Assembly (NCBI GenBank): GCA_937967995.1
Contig: CALBTB010000010.1
Span: 25,410-89,409 of the forward strand
DNA: 64,000 bases
Direction: 5' to 3'
DNA from: an uncultured Gammaproteobacteria bacterium
Lineage (GTDB): Bacteria > Pseudomonadota > Gammaproteobacteria > UBA6429 > Thiohalophilaceae
The position numbers and the translations under genes are program-made. Each line of letters begins with the position of its first letter. The stretch's first letter is position 1. Under the pieces are notes generated by a model. The model had not been told where the DNA came from. It did no database searches and saw nothing but the letters and a program-made list of their open reading frames with translations. This document shows positions 31,164 to 40,102 of the stretch, piece by piece.

Positions 31164-32837
31164 TTATTTCTTTTTATTACTTTGCTCGCGTATACCACGC
31201 ATGGACTCAATCAGGTTCGAGGCACCCAGCACGGCGGCGGCACCTTCATATCCACTGCCGGCACCGGTGACCTGCACGGTGGGTATCTTCACAATTTCCG
31301 GGTTTTCCACCGCGGCGGCGAGGGCTTTTTCCAGTGCCTGTAACTGCATGGCGCGTTCCTTGCCCAGCACATTAGCCTGAGCCTGTTGACCCTTGGCAAT
31401 TTCCATCAGCTTGAGTTTTTCGCCTTCACCTTCGAGCTTTAACTGCTGCTTCTTATGCGCAGCGGCCTGCTTGGCGATTTCCGCTGCTACCAGTTGTGCC
31501 TGTTGATCCGCCGTGGCACGTTCGCGTTCTACGGCAATCCGTTGTTTCTGTGCGGCCTGTTCTTTCAGGTAGGTTTCCTTTAACTGCGCGGCCAGTTGTT
31601 CACGCAAAGTCGCGACCATCAGCTCAGGTGGAATGGCCGGTTCACCCATGTGTACTTCCTGCACGGTGACACCGGCCTTGGCAGCGATTTTGGAAATGTC
31701 ACTCAGCACCAGTTGATTGATCTCATCACGTTTTTCGATGAAATCCATGACCTTGCGATCCGGGTGGCCACCAATGGTACGGAAGATATTCCGGATAGCC
31801 GGGGTGATGATCTTGTCCTCGACTTTTTGCAGGTCGCCTACCGAGGCCACAACTAACGGCGCATTTTCCGGGCTGACCTGCACGATGATGCGTACATCCA
31901 CCGGTACGGTCCAGCCTTCAACCCGCACGATAATGGCGCGATCCGCTGCGTCTTCCGGCGTGATTTCTTCTTTCGCGGTTTCAGCCTGTTTGATCTTGCC
32001 GTTGTCATCCACGCTCAGGTCGATCTGGCGTTTGGTATAGCCGCCTTTATAAGACCAGGTCTGTACGCGGGTCGGAATGATGGTCGCTTCATAGGCTTCG
32101 CGGTTCAGGTAATAGGCCTGTGGTTTGAGCGGTTCGGCATGCACGCCTTTACAGCCGGTCGGTACAATCACCGCCGTGACCTGATTGTCTTCGCTGGCCT
32201 GTATGGTGTCTTTCGGGCAATCATCCCGCTCCTGCACCTTGGAACGAATCACCGCGACGTGACCCGTTGGTACATCCAGCGCTTTGGCGATTTTTACTTT
32301 AAACAGGTAGGTATTCAGACGGTACTTACCCGGTGGCAGAATATTTAACTGTGGGCCTTTCTGGCCGTTGCCTTCAGTTAAAAAATATTCCGCATTGAGC
32401 ATGTCTTCGAATTTATTTTTCGGCCACGGGTCGGCGATAAACTGGCCCTTGCGCAGTGACACACCGTCCTGGGCTTTGAGCAGGCCGTAATGGCCTTCCG
32501 GTATTTCAATCACCGGTGTGTATTCGATTTCATTGATAACACGAATAAAGGGTCGAAAATGAAAACCGGGACCGAGAATTTCCGCCTGCGGACCCTTTTC
32601 ACCGTTGGCGGCGATGATGCGACCAGGTGGCAGGTCGGCGGCAAAGAATTTGCGTTTTAGTAATCCCACCTCGTCCGCATCAATGATGACGTAGGACGGC
32701 AGGGTCAAAAAGAACAGCACGGCCAGCAGCAGGAAGCCCTGAACTGTACGCGTCACCACAACCGAGTCGCGGAGTGGGTGCTTGAACAAATAAGCCATTA
32801 CCCCCAGCAAAACTATGGCAATAATCAGGTATTGCAT
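31164..32837 (-). CDS. Flotillin-like SPFH/band-7 protein (YqiK-type) with a C-terminal coiled coil.
   Basis: 557 aa with one N-terminal TM segment, an SPFH domain and an Ala/Gln/Lys-rich coiled coil. Confidence 0.8.
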   Translation of the reverse strand: MQYLIIAIVLLGVMAYLFKHPLRDSVVVTRTVQGFLLLAVLFFLTLPSYVIIDADEVGLLKRKFFAADLPPGRIIAANGEKGPQAEILGPGFHFRPFIRVINEIEYTPVIEIPEGHYGLLKAQDGVSLRKGQFIADPWPKNKFEDMLNAEYFLTEGNGQKGPQLNILPPGKYRLNTYLFKVKIAKALDVPTGHVAVIRSKVQERDDCPKDTIQASEDNQVTAVIVPTGCKGVHAEPLKPQAYYLNREAYEATIIPTRVQTWSYKGGYTKRQIDLSVDDNGKIKQAETAKEEITPEDAADRAIIVRVEGWTVPVDVRIIVQVSPENAPLVVASVGDLQKVEDKIITPAIRNIFRTIGGHPDRKVMDFIEKRDEINQLVLSDISKIAAKAGVTVQEVHMGEPAIPPELMVATLREQLAAQLKETYLKEQAAQKQRIAVERERATADQQAQLVAAEIAKQAAAHKKQQLKLEGEGEKLKLMEIAKGQQAQANVLGKERAMQLQALEKALAAAVENPEIVKIPTVQVTGAGSGYEGAAAVLGASNLIESMRGIREQSNKKK

Positions 32838-32921
32838 CGATCTCTCCTTTATCTAGTTTTTATCGTGACTGATGAACACCTTATATAACGGTCAATCCGG
32901 CCAAAGGGGTTAGCGGATTTA

Positions 32922-35111
32922 TTAATAAGTATCCATAGGATCCACGTCGAGCGACCAGCGAACGCGGCGTGTCTTGATGGCTTCGATGGCGGGCAGGCTG
33001 GTCGCCAGGGCCTGTTGTAACACTGGCCTGTCCTTGGCCAGCACCACCAGTTGGGCGCGATAACGACCGGCACGTTTTTCCATCGGTGCCGGCATCGGCC
33101 CGAACAGTTGTAAGTGAGTGCCCGCTTGCTGTTTGAGGCAATCACGGACCTGCTCGAGGTAACTCAACGGGGCTTCCCGGTTAACCGCTTCGGCGCGGAA
33201 CAGGGCCATGGCCGTGATAGGTGGCAGGCCGGCCTGTTCGCGTTCCTCGAGCAGGGCGCTGGCAAAGGCGTTATAGCCATCGCGAATCAGCGACAACAGC
33301 AGGGGATGATCCGGGTGATGGGTCTGAATATACACCTCACCCGGCTGTTCGGCGCGACCGGCCCGGCCGGCAACCTGCAGAATCAACTGGGCCATGCGTT
33401 CCGGGGCGCGAAACTCGGCACTGTGCAGGCCCTGATCCGCATCAACAATGCCGACCAGGGTGACGTTTGGAAAGTGATGTCCCTTGGCCAGCATCTGGGT
33501 GCCAATCAGGATTTGCCGCTGGCCGTGTTTGACACGTTGCAGCAGTGAATCCAGGCTGCCTTTGCGGCGCGTGGTATCCCGATCGATGCGAATGATGTCC
33601 ACGTCGGCAAAGTGTGCAGTCAGTGCCTGTTCAATCCGTTCCGTCCCGGCGCCCAGGGTGAGCAGGTTTTGACTTTCACACTGCGGGCATTGATGTTCGG
33701 CGCGTCGTTCCGCGCCGCAGTGATGACAGCGCAGGCGTTTGTCGATGTGATGATAGGTCATGTGACTGTCGCAACGCTGACATTTGGCGACCCAGCCACA
33801 GTCATGACACATCAGCGTTGGCGCAAAGCCACGACGATTAAGAAACAGCAACACCTGGTTGTTTTTATCCAGATGCTGTCTGGCAATTTGCAGCAGTTTA
33901 TGTGACAGGCCTTCTTCAATGGGCTGGGAACGCATGTCCAGTAAATGCAGGTGCGGGGGTGTGGCGTTGCCAGCCCGTTCCGTGAGCGTCAGTAACTGAA
34001 ATTTCTGTTGCTGTACATTGTGCAGGCTCTCGACAGATGGGGTGGCCGAACCCATCATTACCGGAATTTGATTATGGCGCGCTCGCCAGATAGCCAGGTC
34101 GCGCGCCGAGTAACGAAAACCATCCTGTTGTTTGAACGAGGCATCGTGTTCTTCGTCGATGATGATCAGACCCGGTTTCACTAACGGTGTAAAAATGGCC
34201 GAGCGGGTCCCCAGCACGACATCCACCTGTCCATTGCGTGCAGCCAGCCAGGCCTGTAAACGCTGTTTGTCAGTCAAAGCCGAATGCAGAACCTCAATAC
34301 GGCAGGCGAGGCGTTTTTCAAAGCGCTGTACCATCTGTGGTGTCAGGCCAATTTCCGGTACCAGCACCAGGGCCTGTTCACCCCGTAAAATACAGGCTGA
34401 AATGCACTGCAGGTAGACTTCGGTCTTGCCGGAACCGGTGACACCTTCCAGTAAAAATGGCTGATACTGGCCGAGCTGTTCCGTCACGGCCTGTACGGCT
34501 GCCTGTTGTTCAGTGTTGAGGGCGGGTCCGGGAGTGGGTTGCGCAGTGGTGGCAAACGCATCAAGTGCCTGCGTCTCGATCGCCTCGACCAGTCCCTTTG
34601 CTTGCAGTCGCTTCAGGCTGTCCCGGTATTCGCGTAGTTGTTGATCCTCGACGGGCGTACCCTGTTGTTTGAGCAATTGCAGCAGTTCGAGCTGTTTTGG
34701 GGCGCGTTGCAGACTGTCCGGGTCAAACTGATGCCCGGCCTGGGTCAGTTGCCAGCAGCGTTCAGATTCAGGTTCGGCGGCTCGCCCTTCGCGTAACCAC
34801 ACAGGCAGGGCCGTGTGCAATACATCGCCAATCGGATGCTGATAATAACGTGCCGACCATTGCAGCAACTGCCACATGTCCTCCGGCCATAAGGGCGAAT
34901 CATCCAGGCACTGCTGAATAAATTTTATTTTGGCTGTATCGGTACCCGCCTGCTGGCTTTTGTCTGTAACAATACCGACCAGTTTGCGATTACCAAACGG
35001 GACAAGTACGCGACAACCCACACCAGGTGGTGGCGAATTGGCTTTCAGGCGGTATGAAAACGTTTTGCGTAACGGTGTTGGAACGGCAACGTGATAAAAC
35101 AACTCAGGCAT
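32922..35111 (-). CDS. priA: Primosomal protein N' (replication restart helicase).
   Basis: Walker A GVTGSGKTEVY, DEEH, and the Cys-rich zinc region CHDCGWVAKCQRCDSHMTYH...CHHCG. Confidence 0.97.
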   Translation of the reverse strand: MPELFYHVAVPTPLRKTFSYRLKANSPPPGVGCRVLVPFGNRKLVGIVTDKSQQAGTDTAKIKFIQQCLDDSPLWPEDMWQLLQWSARYYQHPIGDVLHTALPVWLREGRAAEPESERCWQLTQAGHQFDPDSLQRAPKQLELLQLLKQQGTPVEDQQLREYRDSLKRLQAKGLVEAIETQALDAFATTAQPTPGPALNTEQQAAVQAVTEQLGQYQPFLLEGVTGSGKTEVYLQCISACILRGEQALVLVPEIGLTPQMVQRFEKRLACRIEVLHSALTDKQRLQAWLAARNGQVDVVLGTRSAIFTPLVKPGLIIIDEEHDASFKQQDGFRYSARDLAIWRARHNQIPVMMGSATPSVESLHNVQQQKFQLLTLTERAGNATPPHLHLLDMRSQPIEEGLSHKLLQIARQHLDKNNQVLLFLNRRGFAPTLMCHDCGWVAKCQRCDSHMTYHHIDKRLRCHHCGAERRAEHQCPQCESQNLLTLGAGTERIEQALTAHFADVDIIRIDRDTTRRKGSLDSLLQRVKHGQRQILIGTQMLAKGHHFPNVTLVGIVDADQGLHSAEFRAPERMAQLILQVAGRAGRAEQPGEVYIQTHHPDHPLLLSLIRDGYNAFASALLEEREQAGLPPITAMALFRAEAVNREAPLSYLEQVRDCLKQQAGTHLQLFGPMPAPMEKRAGRYRAQLVVLAKDRPVLQQALATSLPAIEAIKTRRVRWSLDVDPMDTY

Positions 35112-35214
35112 CGCGCAAGATTACCAGTTTGCGAATACCGGTGAACAGAACGGTGATCTTAATTCCCTTTCTACGTTATTTGGGCTAAGTCCTTGTCAGC
35201 AAATAGAATTGATC

Positions 35215-35251
35215 GTTATCCACAAATCCTGTGGATAAGTTTGTGGATGGA
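35215..35251. promoter_or_regulatory. Cluster of DnaA boxes, two perfect and convergent (TTATCCACA / TGTGGATAA) plus one imperfect (TGTGGATGG), with an adjacent GATC site.
   Basis: Exact matches to the 9-mer DnaA-box consensus, 100-140 bp upstream of the priA start codon. Confidence 0.6.
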
Positions 35252-35340
35252 ATGTCAGAATTATGCATAACACGGCGGTAATATTACAACTTTATTAAAT
35301 TGTTCAGAAAATAAACTCACTGAATTAGTCTTTAATTACA

Positions 35341-35372
35341 GTAAGTTACACTATTTTTGTAGTGTAACTTGC
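35341..35372. promoter_or_regulatory. Perfect 10-bp palindrome (aagttacact-N8-agtgtaactt). A candidate operator in the priA upstream region.
   Basis: Directly readable dyad. It has no T-tract, so it is not a terminator. Confidence 0.35.
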
Positions 35373-35472
35373 GATCCGGTCAGGTGGGTATTGACATCAC
35401 TACCAGGCTTTGCCTCAGCCTGTGAATAAATCAGCAGACACTGATATTTGATTCCGGGAAGAAATAAAAAAG

Positions 35473-36036
35473 TCAACCGTTTTTTTGATCGGCATGCGGC
35501 GCGGCCAAACCGTCAATACTGACCCGATTATTCTTTTCCTGGTATGCCGCAATACCCTTTGGCCCCTTTTTTTGTGCCCACTGCAGCAGTTTGTCACGCT
35601 GGCCGCGATAATCCATCAGCGGCACACCAAATCCACATGATGTTTGCACGCGATTTACGTCCACATAAAACAATTGTCGAACACCTGGCATGTCGGATGG
35701 GAACGATGGCCGTAATTCTGACCACTTTTTGTCATCCTGTGTGATGACCTTACCATTGCCATACAGGCGAACGATTTTCGGATCACCTTCAAAGGCACAC
35801 AGCATGATGGTCAGGCGACCATTTTGTGCCAGATGCGCGGCGGTTTCGTTACCGCTGCCGGTCAGATCCAGTAATACGACATGCTGATCATCAATAATGC
35901 GCAGACTGTCCAGACCACGCGGTGAAAGATTGATGTGTCCCTCCGCCTGCAGCGGCGCTGATGCAACAAAGAACATCGGTTGTTGCTCGATCCAGTGTCG
36001 AAGTTCGTCGGTAATATGTGGATAGGTTTGCGCCAT
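35473..36036 (-). CDS. Pyridoxamine 5'-phosphate oxidase-like FMN-binding family protein.
   Basis: 187 aa, split-barrel-like, with the motif MFFVASAPLQAEGHINLSPRG. Confidence 0.6.
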   Translation of the reverse strand: MAQTYPHITDELRHWIEQQPMFFVASAPLQAEGHINLSPRGLDSLRIIDDQHVVLLDLTGSGNETAAHLAQNGRLTIMLCAFEGDPKIVRLYGNGKVITQDDKKWSELRPSFPSDMPGVRQLFYVDVNRVQTSCGFGVPLMDYRGQRDKLLQWAQKKGPKGIAAYQEKNNRVSIDGLAAPHADQKNG

Positions 36037-36095
36037 GTCGAAATTGTAATCCGCGCGGGGCTTGTGTGCAGGTAAATTTTTGTTTAAATGGGTGC

Positions 36096-36977
36096 ATGGA
36101 CTGGAACGCCATTCAACAGAACATCACCGAGGCCAGCGGTCAGCCATTCGAGCTGGACAGTCACACGCATATTGGTGGTGGTTGTATAAATAGCGCCATG
36201 CGCATCAGCGGTAGTGGCCGGGAATACTTTTTAAAATTCAATGATGCGAAGTTACTGGATATGTTTGAAGCGGAAGCGGATGGACTACGTGACCTGGCTG
36301 CCGCTGACGCCGTGCGCGTACCCATTCCCGTCTGCACGGGGGTAACGGATAACCAGGCTTACATCGTGATGGAATTCTTACCCATGAGCGGTGGTGGTCG
36401 GGGTGTAATGGCGCGCTTTGGTGAAGAGCTGGCCCTGATGCACCGTTACACACAGGATCAGTTTGGCTGGCATCGCGACAATACGATTGGCTCAACACCG
36501 CAAGTCAATGACTGGCAAAACGACTGGCTTACGTTCTTTCGCGATCACCGCCTTGGCTACCAGCTGGATCTGGCCGGTCGGCGTGGCATTGGTTATCGCA
36601 CCGTGCAAAAAGGTGAAAAGTTACAGGGCAGTCTGGAGTATTTTTTTTCAGACTATGAACCCGTCGCATCCATCTTGCACGGGGACTTGTGGTCCGGTAA
36701 TTACGGCATCACGGCATCCGGGGACCCGGTGATTTTTGATCCGGCGACTTACTTTGGCGATCGGGAAGCGGATCTGGCAATGACAGAATTATTTGGTGGC
36801 TTTGGGAATGAATTTTATGCGGCCTACAATGATACCTGGCCAGTGGATGCGGGTTATTCAGTGCGTAAAACGCTTTATAACCTTTACCATATTCTCAATC
36901 ACTATAATCTGTTTGGTGGCGGCTATGGATCACAGGCCGACGGGATGATTGAGCGGTTGTTAGCGGAAACCGGTTAG
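36096..36977 (+). CDS. Fructosamine/ketosamine-3-kinase family protein.
   Basis: LHGDLWSGNYGITASGDPVIFDPATYFGDREADLAM, which is the APH-like catalytic loop. I chose the start at MDWNAIQQ. Confidence 0.8.
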   Translation: MDWNAIQQNITEASGQPFELDSHTHIGGGCINSAMRISGSGREYFLKFNDAKLLDMFEAEADGLRDLAAADAVRVPIPVCTGVTDNQAYIVMEFLPMSGGGRGVMARFGEELALMHRYTQDQFGWHRDNTIGSTPQVNDWQNDWLTFFRDHRLGYQLDLAGRRGIGYRTVQKGEKLQGSLEYFFSDYEPVASILHGDLWSGNYGITASGDPVIFDPATYFGDREADLAMTELFGGFGNEFYAAYNDTWPVDAGYSVRKTLYNLYHILNHYNLFGGGYGSQADGMIERLLAETG

Positions 36978-37091
36978 GGTTTGCGGCGTACTTCAATGGT
37001 CTTGTAAACCATGTAACGCATTAGCGCGACGGGCACGGCAACAAACAGTAGCAGTACCAGAACCAGTTTTGTCGCGGTCATTTCCAACATC
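36974..37091 (-). CDS. Unannotated 38-aa single-TM small protein (MLEMTATKLVLVLLLFVAVPVALMRYMVYKTIEVRRKP).
   Basis: Below the ORF-track cutoff. It has the RBS aaaggaaaa 7-8 nt upstream and a hydrophobic core with a basic C-terminus. Confidence 0.45.
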
Positions 37092-37183
37092 GTATTTTCC
37101 TTTTCGTTCGCTGTTATCTATTACATCGTTCGCGCCAGGGAAAAGTTGAGGCTGACAAAAAAGTCAGCCCAACCCCTCGATCT

Positions 37184-37362
37184 CAGCAGGTATGGCATTC
37201 GGCATCGGTGCAACCGAGCTCGGTGCCCGCGGCATCGGCTATCCTCATCAGTGACAGATAGGCATTTGCCTCTTCCCGGCTTTCCATCGGACCCACACGT
37301 CCTGTCGGGGTTTCTACGTACCAGCCTTGTCCGGCCTGGATGACTTGCATTGTGTCGGCCAT
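37184..37362 (-). CDS. Unannotated 58-aa small protein with a C-terminal Cys cluster (…GCTDAECHTC).
   Basis: A strong RBS (acAGGAGGgtcgttATG) and protein-like composition. It is below the ORF-track cutoff. Confidence 0.5.
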
Positions 37363-37744
37363 AACGACCCTCCTGTTATGCTAGAGGAGCTTCCGTAATG
37401 ATTAGACCATATCTTTATTACGGCAGTTCTGTGGCGCTTGATAAAGTTGTCGGCAGGCCAGTAGTGAAATTTAGGCCACTTGAGGCAAAAAAATATCTAA
37501 AGTTCCACTCAAGTGCTAAATTAACCTCGATAAATAGATATATTTCCACTTTATATGCAATTAAAGCAATATATGGCTACATTCAGCCCATTTGTAGAAA
37601 ATGGGTGATATTTCATCAGAAAACGGGCTTTGAGGGGGCAAATATCAGCGGCACTAACGGGTTTTACTGTGGATATTTCCGAATATGGGAAAATAACAAT
37701 CATATACCCACAATATAATTAATAAGTGGGAAAATAATTGTCTT

Positions 37745-38494
37745 TCAGGCGTCTTTTTTGTCAATGAGTGGGCGCATTGCCGTCAGCAAACTCTTGAATA
37801 ATTGCGGATTTTGCGCCTCTTCTTGCGCCAGGAGCTGTTTCATGTGCTCGCGCTGGGTGGGCATGCCAAAGCAGGCGGGGCAGGAATCGGGGACCACCGG
37901 CAGCTGGGCCTGTTTCGCGTAGTCGGCGGTCTGGCGTTCCCGCACGTAGACCAGCGGACGGATGATACGAATATCGCCATCCTTGTTGGTGTAGTGGGCC
38001 TTCATGGTCTTGAGCTGACCACCATGAAAGGCCGACATCAAAAAACTCTCCGCCAGATCATCCAGGTGCTGGGCCAGGGCCAGCACATTGAACCCTTCGC
38101 GTCGCAGCGTGGTGTACATGATGCCGCGCTTGATTCGCGAGCAAAACGCACAGAACGAATCCTTTGTCATATGTTCCTTCGCCTGCTGCTCAATCGGCTG
38201 AGATTCGAAAAACCACTGGATACCAAGCTGTTCCAGATACGGCCGCAAATTCTCCGGATGAAATCCTTCAATCATGGGGTTGATGGTAATGGCGGCCAGT
38301 TCAAACCGAACCGGTGCATAACGTTGCAGGTGATACAGAATATTCAGCAGCGACAGTGAATCCTTGCCACCGGACAGGCCCAGCATGATGCGATCCCCGT
38401 CGCGAATCATGTCGTAGTCGGCGATGGCACGACCGACCTGGCGCATCACGCTTTTCGGGGGCTTACTAAATTGGGTTAGGTTTTCAGCCAGCAT
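37745..38494 (-). CDS. ttcA: tRNA 2-thiocytidine(32) synthetase.
   Basis: The PP-loop SGGKDS and the CAFC...C cluster. Confidence 0.9.
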   Translation of the reverse strand: MLAENLTQFSKPPKSVMRQVGRAIADYDMIRDGDRIMLGLSGGKDSLSLLNILYHLQRYAPVRFELAAITINPMIEGFHPENLRPYLEQLGIQWFFESQPIEQQAKEHMTKDSFCAFCSRIKRGIMYTTLRREGFNVLALAQHLDDLAESFLMSAFHGGQLKTMKAHYTNKDGDIRIIRPLVYVRERQTADYAKQAQLPVVPDSCPACFGMPTQREHMKQLLAQEEAQNPQLFKSLLTAMRPLIDKKDA

Positions 38495-38594
38495 TCGCCT
38501 ATAGTAGCAGTAAAAACAGGGGAGCCTTAACCCCGCCGCGGGTCTGACCCGTTTAATTCAGGACTGAATCATAATTTATAACAAGGGGATTCCC

Positions 38595-39548
38595 ATGCCT
38601 GATCTTGAGTTTTTCGGCTTTTCCGGATTTGCCATCGTCATCCTGGTGCTTGGCGTTGTCATTGTTCTCAAAGGTGTTGTGACCGTAAAGCAGGGTTTCG
38701 AATATACGGTCGAGCGCTTCGGTCGCTATACACGCACACTACGACCGGGATTTCATGTCATTGTGCCCCTCGTGGATCGCATCGGCCGGCGCATGAACAT
38801 GATGGAGCGGGTCGCCGATGTGCCGTCGCAGGAAGTCATCACCAAGGATAACGCCATGGTGCAGGTCGATGGCGTAGTGTTCTTTCAGGTGCTGGACGCG
38901 GCCGCCGCGGCCTATGAAGTGAATCAGCTGGAACTGGCCATCCTGAACCTGACCATGACCAATGTCAGGACGGTGATGGGTTCCATGGACCTGGATGAAC
39001 TGTTATCCCAGCGCGACAAGATCAATGCCCAACTGTTATCTGTTGTGGATGACGCCACCCAACCCTGGGGTGTGAAAGTCACGCGTATCGAAATCAAGGA
39101 CATCACCCCGCCACGCGACCTGGTCGACGCCATGGCGCAGCAAATGAAGGCCGAGCGTCTCAAGCGGGCGGAAATTCTCGAAGCGGAAGGTAAACGCCAG
39201 TCTGAAATCCTGCGTGCCGAAGGTGAAAAACAGGCCGCGATTCTCGAAGCCGAAGGCCGCAAAGAAGCGGCGTTTCGCGATGCAGAAGCACGCGAGCGGG
39301 AAGCTGAAGCGGAAGCACGGGCAACACACATGGTGTCGCAGGCCATCGAGAAAGGTGACATCAATGCCATCAACTACTTCGTGGCAACGAAATATGTCGA
39401 AGCCCTGCAGCAGATTGCCAGTGCCCCGAACGAGAAGTTAATCTTTATGCCCATGGAAGCCTCCGGCGTGATCGGTGCCATTGGCGGCATCGCCGAACTG
39501 GCCAAATCCGCCATGGACAAGAATGCCGCGGCGGCGAAAGGGGCGTAG
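38595..39548 (+). CDS. qmcA: SPFH/band-7 (stomatin-like) membrane protein, QmcA/YbbK-type.
   Basis: An N-terminal TM segment, an SPFH domain and a C-terminal charged coiled coil. Confidence 0.8.
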   Translation: MPDLEFFGFSGFAIVILVLGVVIVLKGVVTVKQGFEYTVERFGRYTRTLRPGFHVIVPLVDRIGRRMNMMERVADVPSQEVITKDNAMVQVDGVVFFQVLDAAAAAYEVNQLELAILNLTMTNVRTVMGSMDLDELLSQRDKINAQLLSVVDDATQPWGVKVTRIEIKDITPPRDLVDAMAQQMKAERLKRAEILEAEGKRQSEILRAEGEKQAAILEAEGRKEAAFRDAEAREREAEAEARATHMVSQAIEKGDINAINYFVATKYVEALQQIASAPNEKLIFMPMEASGVIGAIGGIAELAKSAMDKNAAAAKGA

Positions 39549-39554
39549 GTCATC

Positions 39555-39998
39555 ATGAGTGAACTGACATTCTGGCATTGGTGGATACTGGCGCTGGTGT
39601 TGCTGGTACTGGAAGTGTTTGCACCGGGCGCGTTCTTTTTGTGGATGGGCGTGGGCGCCGGTATCGTCGGTGCGATCCTGCTGGTCGCGCCGGACATGGG
39701 CTGGGAATACCAGCTCATGATCTTCTCGATATTTTCCATCGTGGCGATTGCGCTGTGGAAGATCTACATACGCAAACATCCGACCGAGACCGATCGGCCG
39801 ACCCTGAACCGACGCGGTGAGCAGTATGTCGGACGGGTCTTCACACTGGACAATCCCATCGTCAATGGTTCCGGCAAAATACGGGTTGATGATTCCACCT
39901 GGAAAATACGCGGTGAAGACTGTGAAGCCGGGACCCGCATCGAGGTGGTCAGCGTTGAGGGGACAGTGCTTAAAATCCGCCATGCAGAGCAGAATTAA
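39555..39998 (+). CDS. NfeD-family membrane protein (YbbJ-like) partnered with the SPFH protein.
   Basis: Two or three TM segments plus a C-terminal OB-fold beta domain, 147 aa, placed immediately downstream. Confidence 0.8.
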   Translation: MSELTFWHWWILALVLLVLEVFAPGAFFLWMGVGAGIVGAILLVAPDMGWEYQLMIFSIFSIVAIALWKIYIRKHPTETDRPTLNRRGEQYVGRVFTLDNPIVNGSGKIRVDDSTWKIRGEDCEAGTRIEVVSVEGTVLKIRHAEQN

Positions 39999-40029
39999 CC
40001 CTTAAAATCCCATTACTTTCTTATATATA

Positions 40030-40077
40030 CGGGCATCTTAGCAACCTATCGTGTTAAGATGCCCGCCGTTTATTTCT
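40030..40077 (+). terminator. Rho-independent terminator (cgggcatctta-N14-taagatgcccg, then ccgtttatttct).
   Basis: An 11-bp perfect stem with a T-rich tail, after nfeD and before metH. Confidence 0.7.
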
Positions 40078-40102
40078 GCGGCAAATCCAAGACGTTTTGA
40101 TA

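Noticed and set aside
35112-35472. Possibility that this is the chromosomal origin, oriC.
   Set aside because: There are only three DnaA boxes and no dnaA, gidA, mioC or rpmH context. A datA/DARS-like or promoter-regulatory element is more plausible.
37398-37718. 106-aa ORF in the AT-rich block upstream of ttcA.
   Set aside because: Its amino-acid composition is typical of translated AT-rich non-coding DNA, with no RBS. I kept the region as a compositional observation only.
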